This document shows positions 12,444-23,938 of a stretch of 64,000 bases of DNA, piece by piece. Made by a program: the position numbers and the translations under genes. The notes under the pieces are model-generated. The model saw only the letters and a list, made by a program, of their open reading frames with translations. It had not been told where the DNA came from and did not search any database. Within the stretch, counting starts at the first letter, position 1. Each line of letters starts with the position of its first letter. Source of the DNA: Octopus sinensis (taxonomy: Eukaryota); assembly GCF_006345805.1 (NCBI RefSeq), contig NC_043006.1:104966001-105030000 (forward strand). The letters are read 5' to 3'.

Positions 12444-12830
12444 AGGCGGCGCGTTGTCAGAATTGTTAGCACGCCGGGCAAAATGCTTTGCCGTACTTCG
12501 TCTGTCTTTACGTTTTGAGTTCATATTCCGTCGAGGTCGACTTAGCCTTTCATTCTTTCGGGATTGATAAATTAAATACCAGTTACGCACTGGGGTCGAT
12601 GTAATCGAATTAATCCGTTTGTCTGTCCTTGTTTGTCCTCTCTGTGTTTAGCCCCTTGTGGGTAGTAAAGAAATAGGTATTTCGCCCGTCGCTACGTTCT
12701 GAGTTCAAATTCCGCCGAGGTCGACTTTGCCTTTTATTCTCCGGGGCCGATCAATTAGGTATCATTTGAGCAATGGGGTGGATGTGATGAACTTACCACG
12801 CAATACAGACCTTGTGCCTATAGTAGAAAG
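12444..12830 (+). mobile_element. SINE family B with tandemly repeated body
   Basis: Head GGCGGCG...GTTAGCACGCCGGGC; body units start at 12493 and 12677 (period 184). Confidence 0.85.
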
Positions 12831-12864
12831 TATTATTATTGTTATTATTGTTGTTGTTGTTGAT

Positions 12865-13140
12865 GTTGTACATGCCGTCAAAGTGACACTGGGGTAAAAT
12901 ATACGAAGCCCAGTATACCCATCAGGACTACCCGTCTGATAAGGGTACACTAAGCACATGCAGCCCAGCTACATGTACGCAACATGGTGATCTCATATAA
13001 TGATTAACAGCGCATGAACTTGCAGGTGGGGCCCAGTTAAATTATCTTCGGCTCAAGTAGCCGATACGCTTAAAAAACCGTTAATAAGGGTTGTATAAGG
13101 ATGTTGAACGAAACAGCCATGTTTCCAAACTCCCTTGTAC
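12865..13140. repeat. Unclassified dispersed repeat G, adjacent to (TAA)n
   Basis: GACTACCCGTCTGATAAGGGTA...GGCCCAGTT...GAACGAAACA.CCATGTT shared with 32390-32878. Confidence 0.7.
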
Positions 13141-13203
13141 CTCCAGTAGAAAGGATTATTATTATTATCATTATTATTAACATTATTATTATCATTATTA
13201 TTA

Positions 13204-13244
<41 letters not shown>

Positions 13245-13245
<1 letters not shown>

Positions 13246-14182
13246 GTTTTTTCCTTCTTTCTTCAAATTTTCTTCCGTTTCTCGCCGAGTGTTTTCCATA
13301 CAGCTAGGGCAGAGAAGGGCATTGTATGCATTCCCAGATTACACACGCAAATTCACAGATAACATATGTATTTAAAAATTAATAAATAAATAAATTCATG
13401 GATGGATGTTGTTTTCACAGCGACAATGCTCTTCTCAGTACATGAGCCGTTCCAGTTAATACGATTTTTTGCACTTCCTGTAGGGATGTAAGCCTGGAAT
13501 TATTTTCAAATAGGTTTCAGTGCCTTTTTTTATCATTCCTAGATATCCTACAATCACTGGTACTGTAGTCGCCTTGAGATGCCACATTTTTTCAATTTCC
13601 ATTAGCAGGTCTTTAGATTTACTAATCTTGTCAAATTCTTTCGCCGCTATATTGTGATCACAAGGAATACTCATGTCAATTAATAAACACATCTTTTTTG
13701 TGTGATCTTCTATAATAATATCCGGTTTATTAGCTTTTATAGTCTTGTCGGTCTGCACGAGGAAGTCCCATAGAATCGACACATTTTCTCCCTCAGTCAC
13801 AGCTTCAGGATGATGTTTATACCATTTGTCAGCGGTTTTGATTTTATAATACCGACATATTGTCCAATGTAAATGCTGGCCGACTCTGTCATGTCTTGCT
13901 TTATATTCTGCAGATGCTAAGACTCTACACCCTGAGATTAGGTGGTCTATTGTTTCAATCTCATCGTTACAGAATCGGCATTTTGGGTCAGCTCCATTTT
14001 TCATCACATTGGCTTGGTAGTACCGGGTAAATAAGCTTTGGTCTTGAGCAGCTAATATGAAACCTTCACTCTGCTTTTAGCCCTGAACTCCGTAACCCTT
14101 GGTGCGTGTGTTTCTGATCGACATCAGCTTGTTTGCTACGGGCCACATACTTGCCATGGAGAGGTTTCTGTTCCCATCTGCA
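13245..14182 (-). mobile_element. R4/Dong-like non-LTR retrotransposon 3' fragment (CCHC knuckle and RLE), family A
   Basis: KPLHGKY...GFILAAQDQ; ORF 13456-14007 with CRFC...ETIDHLISGC, RHDRV, ILWDF, KPDII, LIDMSIPCD; (ATT)n on both sides. Confidence 0.9.
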
Positions 14183-14203
14183 ATTATTATTATTATTATT
14201 ATT

Positions 14204-14801
14204 CAGTAGTTTTATTTTTTTAGCGTGCTTTCACTTCACTACCGAGCGCAGCTCTGTGTGCCTTGGGTATGTGCTGTGATTTGTTGTGATGCTCTGATGG
14301 TTATTGTATGGAAAGTGTTCTGCGTAGGATGTGTGCAGTGCCTAGTAGTGCAATTTTTTGTATGTTATATGTGTTTGTAAGTCCTGGTGTTTTTGTTATG
14401 TATTTGTCTGAATATTTTTTTATCATGCCTAATGCACCTAGTATGATAGGAATTGTTTCTGTTTTTAGATTCCACATTCTGGTTACTTCTATTTGCAGGT
14501 CTTTGTATTTTGAAAGTTTCTCCATTTCTTTTAGAGACACGTTGTCATCTGCCGGTATTGATACATCAATTAGAAAGCATTTTTTTCTTCATGATCTCTG
14601 ACAACTATATCTGGTCTGTTGGTCTTAATTTCTCTTCTGTGTGTATCGCCATATCCCAGAGTATGGTTGCTTTCTCGTTTTCTGTGACCTTTTCTGGTGT
14701 GTGCCTATACCATCTTTTTTCTGTTGTTATTCCATAATGTTGGCATAGCTTCCAGTGTATGTAGGTTCCAACTCTGTCATGTCTGTGAATATATTCCTTC
14801 C

Positions 14802-14802
<1 letters not shown>
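14204..14802 (-). mobile_element. R4/Dong-like 3' fragment, family B
   Basis: RHDRVGTYIHWKLC...ILWDMAIHT; EKLSKYKDLQIEVTRMW...IILGALG...TAHILRRTLS; (ATT)n on both sides. Confidence 0.9.
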
Positions 14803-14862
<60 letters not shown>

Positions 14863-14894
14863 CATCATCATCATCATTAGTATTAGTATTAGTT

Positions 14895-15340
14895 TTTACT
14901 TTTAATCTGCATATTTCTTACAATCACTCGCCGAGACACACACAGTGTTCTTGGGCGAGTGAAGGATAATGGCTGTTACGGTATGTAACTGGAAGCTTGG
15001 GGAGGGTAAATGGCAGGGTCAGTAGCGAAATATCTTCATGTAATACAACACATGCATTTAAATTGAAAAGGTTTTTTCTAAGGATGTGGGCAGTACTTGT
15101 CAGCACAATCTTTTGGTTTCTCTGAGACATGGTTCTCCTCGGATATTATCCAGATGTTTCTGACAGCCCTTTCTTAATATCCCTAATACTAGGAATACTT
15201 CTAGCTTTAAAATGCCACATCTTTTGTATTTCAATTTCCAGTTCCTTATATTTACATATTTTGTCAAATTCCCTTATAGATATATTTTTATCAGTGGAAA
15301 AACTTATGTCTGTTATTCTACAAGTATTTTTTTTAATAGT
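14895..15340 (-). mobile_element. R4/Dong-like 3' fragment, family C (more decayed)
   Basis: DISFSTDKNISIREFDKICKYKELEIEIQKMWHFK; IVLTSTAHILRKNL; 3' end lies next to the (ATT)n tract. Confidence 0.8.
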
Positions 15341-15419
15341 ATTATTGTCTTTATTCTCTTTGGCAACTTCTAGAAATTCTGCAATTCTTATTCCATTTAT
15401 TTGCCGAATGTCTTCCTGA

Positions 15420-16899
15420 CACGGAGTCGCCCCCACCATTTTGCACTGGAGAAATTTAAAGACAGAACGAAGTCGGTCAATACCAGTTGGAGCTGAGAAA
15501 CCGATTTCGACCTCTCCCAGACGTGGACGAGGTCGACATCGACGGCTGCTTTAGGAAGTTCGAGGAAGCAATTATGGAAAGTGCCAAGAAGACCAGTGGT
15601 AGGAGCATTGGGTCCAAGATCGAATGTGGATCCTGATCGATGCGAGACGAATGACCACAATGCAACGGGACCTAGAGCAAACGGACGAAGCCCACCAGGA
15701 AGCAACGGAGACGTATCGGAACTGGATCGAAGTGTGAAGCAGAGTGTCGGAAAGACAAGCGGGATTGATTGGAACAATGGAGCCAGGAGGGGCAGGAGGC
15801 GGCGGATCGAAATGATACGAAGATTCTGTACAGTTTCCTACGTGACCTTACTGGAACGAGAAGCGGACAAGGGGTGCCCATCAAGGACAAGAACGGGAAG
15901 GCGTTACTGACGGTCGAAGATCAAGCGAGAAGATGGGTCAAACACTTTAAGGATATACTCAATCAGTCAGCGGCCGTGGACATCCTTGCACTAGACCCAC
16001 CTATCCCCGACAATGATCTGGCTGTGAACACGGGTGAGATCACGACGGCCAAGACGGTGGCGGCGATACGGCTCCTGAAGAACAAGAAGCTGAGACTGGA
16101 TATGGTGACGGCGAAGATGCTGAAACACGGAGTGCATCTCGTCGTCGAGCATCTTAGAGCCCTCCTAAATGTATGCTGGAAGACAGGTCGGGTCCTATCG
16201 GAATAGCATCGTGGAGTAATCGTCAAACTCCTAAAGACAGGAAACACCGCCGATTGCAATAATTGGAGAGGGATTGCGCTTCTATCTGTCCCCCGAAAGG
16301 TCTTCAGTATCGTCCTCTTAAGATGGCTGCAATGGGCGGTGGATGAGAAGCTCCGAGTAGAACAACCCGGCTTTCGAGGCGGACGGTCGCGCAATGAACA
16401 AATCTTCACGTTTCGCAACATTATCGAACAAAGCCTGGAATATCAGCAACGGCAATCAATCATTTTCTTTGATTTTGTCAAAGAATTCGACAGCGAACAC
16501 CGGGGTTCGTTGTGGTGCATCGCTCGTAACTTTGGCATTCCCGAGCGTTTCGTCGACGCATTTCAGAGCCTTTGCCGCGAGTCTAGTTGCTGTGTTCGAA
16601 CGGAGACTACTTTGCCATTGAGACCGGTGTACGACAAGGGTGCATTCTATCCCCGCTTCTATTTCTTCGTCATGCTCGGGACGATGCACCAACATAGATT
16701 TGGGATTTCGTAGTGTGGGTCGAGGGAACCTGACTGACCTCGACTTCGCCGATCACATCGCACACGTTGGAGCGACGAAGAATGTCATTGACATTTCATG
16801 GAATGGAGCTGAAATCGCCGCCGCCGACTCACCACATTCGAGAAGCCTTGTCGCCCAATGCACCACACGGTGCAGGAGGACCTAAGACTAAGCCTAAGA
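15420..16899 (+). mobile_element. RTE-clade LINE fragment with internal deletion
   Basis: PIKDKNGK.L...QARRWVKHF; QPGFRGGRS..EQIF..RNIIEQ; FFDFVKEFDS; DLDFADHI, then a jump to the C-terminus AQCTTRCRRT* and a CTAAG-like tail. Confidence 0.88.
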
Positions 16900-16971
16900 T
16901 GTATAAGAGGTGGCTGATTGTTTTGCCGTAAGATAAAGGTGTCAGTGCCAGGCAGAAAAGAGTGAAGAACA

Positions 16972-17384
16972 AGGCGGTAAGCTGGCCGAAACGTTAGCAC
17001 GCCGGGCGAAATGCTTAGCCGTATTTCGTCTGTCGTTACATTATGAGTTCAAATTCCGCCGAAGTCGACTTTGCATTTCAACCTTTCGGGGTCGATAAAT
17101 TAAGTACCAGTTACGCACTGGGGTCGATGTAATCGACTTAACCCAGTTGCCTGTCCTTGTTTGTCCTCTGTGTTTAGCTCCTTGTGGGTAGTAAAGAAAT
17201 AGGTATTTCGTCTGCCGTTACATTCTGAGTTCAAATTCCGCCGTGGTCAACTTTGCCTTTCCTCCTTTCGGGGCCGGTAAATTAAGTACTAGTTACGCAC
17301 TGGGGTCGATGTAATCGACTTAATCCGTTTATCTGTCCTTGTTTGTCCCCTCTATGTTTAGCCCCTTGTGGGCAATAAAGAAAT
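16972..17384 (+). mobile_element. SINE family B, head plus two tandem 182-bp body units
   Basis: Units at 17021-17202 and 17203-17384; B-box-like GAGTTCAAATTCC in each. Confidence 0.88.
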
Positions 17385-17389
17385 CAGAG

Positions 17390-17709
17390 AAGGAGTGGAG
17401 AGAGTCTACTCAATGGAATATTCCTCTTCTAATGGGGATGGCTTTGGTTTTTATGAGTCCCTCTTTTGTCTATAACTGTGGCATTGTCGGTCATTTATTC
17501 ATGGAATGTTTTCTATACTTTATGATTATTGGTGCTACCTTGTTCATGGCAAGTGTTTCTAGGATCTATGGGTGGGGAATACTATCAAAAGGCTTTCGGT
17601 AATTGATCTGGGCCATACTTAGACCCTTCTTCTTTCTGCGAGTGTCTTCAGTTAGGGAATCATTGATCTGTAGCTGATCGTCATAGACGTATGAGCCCTT
17701 GAAGCATCC
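17390..17709 (-). pseudogene. Reverse transcriptase fragment of an R4/Dong-like element
   Basis: Minus translation GCFKGSY..DQLQIN...LSMAQINYRKPFDSIPHPWI...IPIRRGIFH matches RT motifs DYxKAFDSIPH and RGIFQGD, with stops. Confidence 0.8.
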
Positions 17710-17718
17710 CTAATAATA

Positions 17719-17766
<48 letters not shown>

Positions 17767-17787
17767 TAATAATAATAATAATAATAA

Positions 17788-18225
17788 AATCGATATAAAC
17801 GTATCTGTCAAGACCTACGAAAAACTGAGCAAATATAAAGTAGAAATCAGCAAAATGTGGAACCTGAAGGCTAAAACAGTACCTGTTGTCATAGGTGCCC
17901 TGGGAATGATAGCAAAAGAAGATGATTGCTACCTAACACAGATACCAGGAAAACCAAAAATGGCAGAAATTCAAAAGATAGTGCTCATGGGAACTGCTCA
18001 TATCCTACGCAAAATACTTTCTATGTTATTTCAATTTTTAAAACAAACATAATTATCGCATGGGTTTTTTTAGACATTCACTAGTACAACACTAAGTACA
18101 AAACCAAATATATGGTACCCTAGGCATAACACCAACATGAACTTCCAACCTATAGTCCCTTGAGGTCTATGGGTGAGACTTGGAGCCAACTTGTACAAAT
18201 GTAAAGCAAAAGGCAAACATAGAAC
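17788..18225 (+). mobile_element. R4/Dong-like 3' fragment, family D
   Basis: EKLSKY..EISKMWNLKAKTVPVVIGALG...GTAHILRKILS; 3' UTR ends AAACATAGAAC; (TAA)n on both sides. Confidence 0.88.
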
Positions 18226-18238
18226 AATAATAATAATA

Positions 18239-18279
<41 letters not shown>

Positions 18280-18352
18280 TCTATTATTATTATCATTATT
18301 ATTATTGTTGTTGTTGTTGTTGTTGTTGTGGTTGTTGTAATTATTATTATCA

Positions 18353-18419
<67 letters not shown>

Positions 18420-18677
18420 TATTATTATTATTATTATATTTTCTCGTCTAAAAGTATGCAGTAGAAATATTAAAAAATTTTTAGGGGGTTGAAGTAGACG
18501 TATGCACTTCTGTTTCGGTATATCTTTGTTAAAGTGAAAACGTGCAAACACTCAAGCGCGCGTGCGCGTGTATGCACACACACACACACACACACACACA
18601 CAATGATATGTGTGTTTCTTCGTATCTTTGTAAGTACACACACACAGAAACGCATACACACATATATACACACAGCC

Positions 18678-18747
<70 letters not shown>

Positions 18748-18751
<4 letters not shown>

Positions 18752-18924
18752 GCAGCGTGGAAGGTGTTTGTAAGCCATTTAAGAAACACACAAAAGCCGT
18801 TGAAGTGAATCGAACGGCTTTTGTGTGTTTCTTAAATGGCTTACAAACACCTTCCACGCTGCAATTGTTTTCGTTTCAGCACACGATCTCAGATCAAATT
18901 ATTTGCTATGCGAGTACATCTCCG
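18748..18924 (-). mobile_element. Fold-back mini-element family P, centrally deleted copy
   Basis: Perfect 54-bp inverted arms (18748-18801, 18813-18866) with an 11-nt loop and a one-sided extension; homologous to 23647-23938; (TA)n on both flanks. Confidence 0.85.
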
Positions 18925-18978
<54 letters not shown>

Positions 18979-19037
18979 TATATATATATATGAAAAAACA
19001 AGTCAAAAATAGAAAATGCTAAGATGATTTTATAGTG

Positions 19038-19090
19038 AATCTTTCAGTACCGGTTTCGGTCATTTTGAGACCTTTTCAACTGTAACGATT
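19038..19090 (-). ncRNA. Hammerhead ribozyme, U3-A8 variant (inverted arm)
   Basis: Reverse complement of 19262-19314. Confidence 0.7.
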
Positions 19091-19261
19091 AAATAATTAA
19101 ATTTAGAAAAATTAGAAGAAAAGTTTTTTTAAAAGAATATTTCTGTAGTAGTGCAAACAAGGGAGTCAGAGAAAGGCAGAATGCTACTTATATCTGAACA
19201 CTACTACAGAAATATTCTTTTAAAAAAACTTTTCTTCAAATTTTTCTAAATTTAATTATTT

Positions 19262-19314
19262 AATCGTTACAGTTGAAAAGGTCTCAAAATGACCGAAACC
19301 GGTACTGAAAGATT
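19262..19314 (+). ncRNA. Minimal type I hammerhead ribozyme, U3-A8 variant
   Basis: AAUC-G-UU-A-CAG UUGAAAA GGUC-UCAAAAU-GACC GAAA CCGG UA CUG-A-AA-GAUU; palindromic stem III ACCGGU; predicted cut after 19304. Confidence 0.72.
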
Positions 19315-19405
19315 GACTATAAAATCATCTTAGCATTTTCTATTTTTGACTTGTTTTTTCATATATATCAACTCGTGTGTTCCTTTCCACCCTTATACAT
19401 ATATA

Positions 19406-19441
<36 letters not shown>

Positions 19442-20288
19442 TGTATGTATGTATGTATGTATGTATGTATGTATGTATATATGTATGTATGCATGTATGT
19501 ATGCATATAGATAACAGACGAACAGATGGTACACATTTGATGCTATTATGTATACATATATGTGTGTATAGATAGATAAATACTTAGATAGACGAAAAGG
19601 CATTCACATTTGTATATATGTAGACATAAACGTGTGTGTTTTAGTGTGTGTCGTTATGTTTTTGGCGCGTGTATGAATGCTATATCATCGTTAATATGGT
19701 AGGCCGCGCTGAAACAGCTTGTCCACATCGGGTCCAGAATATCACTTAGGACGTGACCTTTCCTTGATGGTTATACAGAGGTAAATCGAAGAATTGTAAT
19801 TTATATACGCACGCACGCACAAGTACACACACACAAACACATGTGCATGCTCGCACACACACACGAAACCATGTTTTCCATGCATAGACACACATCGCTA
19901 TCTAAGAAGAATCGTATACGGCGGACACACAAACACAAAATGTCATGTGTATCACTGAAGTTCGAAAAAATCAATAACAACAGCGCTAACTGTTAAATGT
20001 AAATGTTAAATTGATATATCAAGTATTATATATGACTTCTGCAAAATCTCTTTCAAAGACTTTCTGAGTAGCTTCCCCTTTTTCAGTTCTTTAGTCCCGT
20101 GCATCCCGACGCAACCATTCGTTTCCTGTTTATGCTTTATCGGAAATGCACAATTAATATAACCTATTGCACCCAACTGCAGTTTATCCACACAAGCACA
20201 CACACACACATGTATATATGTCTGCGTATCTATATTGGTACATATGAGCTCACACGCACACATATACTTATAATAATAAATAAATGCG

Positions 20289-20533
20289 CCCTTTTAAAAC
20301 CTAGCCAGGCTCATGGGCCCGGTTTCCCGGTTTCTATGGCGTATGTGTTCCCCGCAGCTGGATGGGACGCCAGTCCATCGCAACGTTACTCATTTTTGCC
20401 AGCTGAGTGGACTGGAGCAACGTGAAATGAAGTGTTTTGCTCAAGAACACAACGCGTCACCCGGTCCAGGAATCGAAACCACAATCTTACGATCATGGTG
20501 CTGAGACCCTAACCACTAAGCCACACACTTCCA
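20289..20533 (-). mobile_element. tRNA-derived SINE, family C head/core with a D-type tail
   Basis: Minus strand GTGGCTTAGTGG...GGTTTCGATTCC...GTTCTTGAGCAAAACACTT...CACTCAGCTG; tail shared with 40678-40770. Confidence 0.85.
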
Positions 20534-22152
20534 CACATATACTTATATAGGTACGTATATATGTACATGTTTGTTTCTGTGTGTATGTATGAATATAATA
20601 TTCATTATAAGGAGTATATACAAAGTTAAATCTATGAGCATAGGTAAGTGAGGGTATCCTGATAAAACTGAGATGTTATTCGCATTTAAAGCATGAGATT
20701 TTACATCTTCAATAGTAAGCTTCACGTGAATCTCCCTTTTAAAACTAGTAACACTTGGTGAACAGAAAGACCATAGAATACAGCCTAATATTTCATCTAG
20801 TTTCTGCAATAAACTTAAGCGAATTAGAAGTGCAACTGTTAAACATACTATGACAATAATTAAGAGCTTTGCTTGAATGCCAGCTTGGAATAGCAGAAAG
20901 ATTTTGCTCTAAGACGTGTCAGAGCAATCAGTTGAAATCATGTAAGTGTGAACATGTAAGTTCCAATATCGACTAGTTTAGACTTTTGAAAACGTGTAGA
21001 AGATTACTTAAAAATCCCCAAATGTATCTGGATAAGCCTGTAGAAAACCTGGTGAATAACTAATAGAAGTTTTCTTCCCGGAAACTTGTATAGTAAATTT
21101 AGTTTCACTTGATCTTTTCTCAGTCTATTTTTGTTTTAGACAAATTGAATTTCGGCAAGTAATTCCCATTAAGGCGATGGACTCTGGCATTTATACCATA
21201 TTCCAGATTCTGACTTGACTTTACTTTTCATACTAGGATATATTTTTCCAATTAAATGGATGATGGATGACAAATGAAACCAATTTCTTTCAGTAGAATG
21301 ACTAAGTGTAAGAATAGATCTTACGCTATGCACGACCTATAGAAAATGAAAAGATGCGAAACTTTAAAAAAATATCTGTATATTGGATTTAAGCGGAAAT
21401 ATAGAAAATGAACAATAATTTTTTTCTATGTTAATTTATATATATTCGAAAACAGGGGGCTGTTTATATACTGGATTTTTAAGCGAGAAACCACTGTTTC
21501 GGAGTGCATTGTTGAAGTAATGGGAGGCAATTGTCAGCGTAGCTTCACTGATAGATAGTGAAAGGTACGCTTATATTTTGAAGACTAGAGTATGATTGGC
21601 AATCTTTTTGACATAAAAGGAACTCTCATTTCGTATCCGATTCGTCACCAAAGGGATTTCGATACTAGGATTAACTATTCTAGGTTTGGTATCCAATAGG
21701 AATAATAATTTGTGATATTTCAGCTTCCAATGAAATCTAATATATATCTGTACTATATAAAATGTACTTTAGTGACCTGCGGTATATCTCTTTCTTATTT
21801 TCTACTCCCCTAAGTCTGAATCTGAAATTGATTGCTATTATTGTTGGCAGTCAACTGTCAATATTGCCCTTATGTGTTGTCTGTAGGATCCAGCACACAT
21901 CTAAAAATTGTTGCTACATTCATCATTTGCTGGAGGCCATTTGATCCCTGAACTGCTTTACATGGAGTCGCAGGTATAAGTTCAGAAAGTGACCCGGTAA
22001 TGTGGGGTTAGTCTTGCCATGCTCCGTCTGTACCTCATCAGGACATGTTCCTGTGCATTTTACCAGATTCTCGCTAACCAGACGTTTCAATCTGGTCAGA
22101 TGGAATTTTAGGTCATGCAGACTCTTGCACAGTTGCTGCATATATATATATG

Positions 22153-22234
<82 letters not shown>

Positions 22235-22235
22235 G

Positions 22236-22305
<70 letters not shown>

Positions 22306-22307
<2 letters not shown>

Positions 22308-22500
22308 GGAGTAAACACATAAATGTGAAACAAGGTGGAAAAAGAAGTACTCAAATACCAGGTGTAGAGTAATATGCTTTATTTAAAAGCAGCAGAAATT
22401 CAACAAAACATGTTACGAGGAGTTTCAAGTTCCCCGACGAACAGGAACGTGAAACTCCGAGTAACAGGCTTTGTTGAATTTCTGCGGCTTTTAAATAAAG
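22306..22500 (+). mobile_element. Fold-back mini-element family Q with partial HHR-like motif
   Basis: (TA)n-CCGGAG 71-nt extension, 57-bp imperfect arms (22377-22433, 22444-22500), then (TA)n; CCGACGA...GAAA CUCCGAG UA at 22434-22463. Confidence 0.75.
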
Positions 22501-22550
<50 letters not shown>

Positions 22551-22553
22551 GCA

Positions 22554-22659
<106 letters not shown>

Positions 22660-22887
22660 TTATTTAAAAGATATATATATATATATATGCATACATATAT
22701 ATATATCATCCTATTACCACTTAGCCGCGGTCGAAATCCGTAAACCCGCCTTATTGGTGTTCTTATTCTTCTCCTACTCCCAGCTATCGCGGTATTCTCA
22801 GTGAGTAGGAGGCCTTCTTATTGTTTGTCCGTAATATGTAAAAGGCCTAAATATCTATTACCTCGCAGTTTTTTCAATCGGTAGACT

Positions 22888-23035
22888 GCTACCATGCTGG
22901 GGCACCGACTGAAAGGTTTACACGAACAAGTTGACTTTTATTTTTTTAATTATGATAATTATTCTATCGGTCTATTTTAGCGAACCGCTAGGTTATATGA
23001 ACGTAAACAAAGCAACACCAGGAACTACGTGATAG
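22888..23035 (-). mobile_element. SINE 3' module E, decayed
   Basis: CCATGCTGGGGCACCG...TTATTCTATCGGTC...CGAACCGCTA matches 53937-54160. Confidence 0.65.
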
Positions 23036-23184
23036 TTGAAGACGAACACAAACATAAAGATCAATACACAGGTATATATATATATATATACATATATATA
23101 AGAAGAATTTCTTCTAATATATAATACCTGTACATCATCTCCAAACCTTCCAATACATATATATATATATATATATACATATAA

Positions 23185-23596
23185 TAACAAAGGGTAAAAT
23201 TAATTAATTAAGAAGTAATCAGTAATTTCACCAAGTAGAATTCGGCATGAAAAAGACCATTTCATGGTAAGCTTAAGTAATACTTTATAATTAGGGTTCA
23301 GCAGAGATTTGCTTCACCACACACCGAAGTTTAGAAATAGCAGTCAAAAAATCTTAGCTTTTCCTTCTACTTTAAAAAGGGCTCCCAGAAAAACCAAAGT
23401 ACCTGAAAACAATCCACGCAGGCAAAAGGGAAAAATAACGAAAATCAATCGGTATTAGGTTACCCACGTACGCGCGTTTCGGAATTACATCGGTATAAAG
23501 AATAAATAGCTATACCTTACCCGATCATTTTCGGCTCATCAGCGTGGGATTCCAGATATATTAATTATTAAATATTAAATTCGAAGGCCTGCGTGG

Positions 23597-23600
<4 letters not shown>
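23185..23600 (-). mobile_element. (TA)n-bounded HHR-bearing mini-element
   Basis: A 14-bp inverted repeat CAATCCACGCAGGC (23410-23423 / 23587-23600) brackets the HHR; TA runs on both sides. Confidence 0.6.
23463..23548 (-). ncRNA. Type I hammerhead ribozyme, canonical core, enlarged stem II
   Basis: CCCACG CUGAUGA G[about 55 nt]C GAAA CGCGCG UA CGUGGG: 6-bp stem I, palindromic stem III ACGCGCGU. Confidence 0.78.
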
Positions 23601-23646
<46 letters not shown>

Positions 23647-23647
<1 letters not shown>

Positions 23648-23938
23648 GGAGATGTACTTGCATAGCAAGTGGCCTGATCTGAGATCGTGTGCTGGAACGA
23701 AAACAATTGCAGCGTGGAAGGTGTTTATAAACCATTTACGAAACACACAAAATCCGTTAGATTTATTTCAACATTTAAATTTAAGTTGTCAAATGCAGCA
23801 CGGAATCTTCTCAGTGAACAGGTCGCGGTCGCAAAGCGACGAAAATATTTTGGATAATTTAAATTTATATGTTGAAGTGAATCTAACGGATTTTGTGTGT
23901 TTCGTAAATGGCATATAAACACCTTCCAGCTGAAATTG
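23647..23938 (+). mobile_element. Fold-back mini-element family P, full copy with HHR in the loop
   Basis: (TA)n-CGGAGATG 57-nt extension, arms of about 89 bp (23705-23793, 23849-23938), then (TA)n. Confidence 0.85.
23811..23853 (+). ncRNA. Minimal hammerhead ribozyme, G3-C8 variant
   Basis: UCA GUGAACA G GUCGC-GGUCGCAAA-GCGAC GAAA AUAU UU UGG; palindromic stem III AAUAUU; one extra G before stem II; predicted cut after 23850. Confidence 0.65.

Larger units (their letters stand above)
18991..19361 (+). mobile_element. Fold-back element with 163-bp arms, each carrying an HHR
   Basis: Arms 18991-19153 and 19199-19361 (2 mismatches seen), 45-bp spacer, TA-repeat flanks. Confidence 0.9.

Noticed and set aside
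21923-22235. Overlapping ORFs and a minus-strand CUGAUGA near 22035
   Set aside because: No downstream GAAA or stems for an HHR, and no protein motif recognised.
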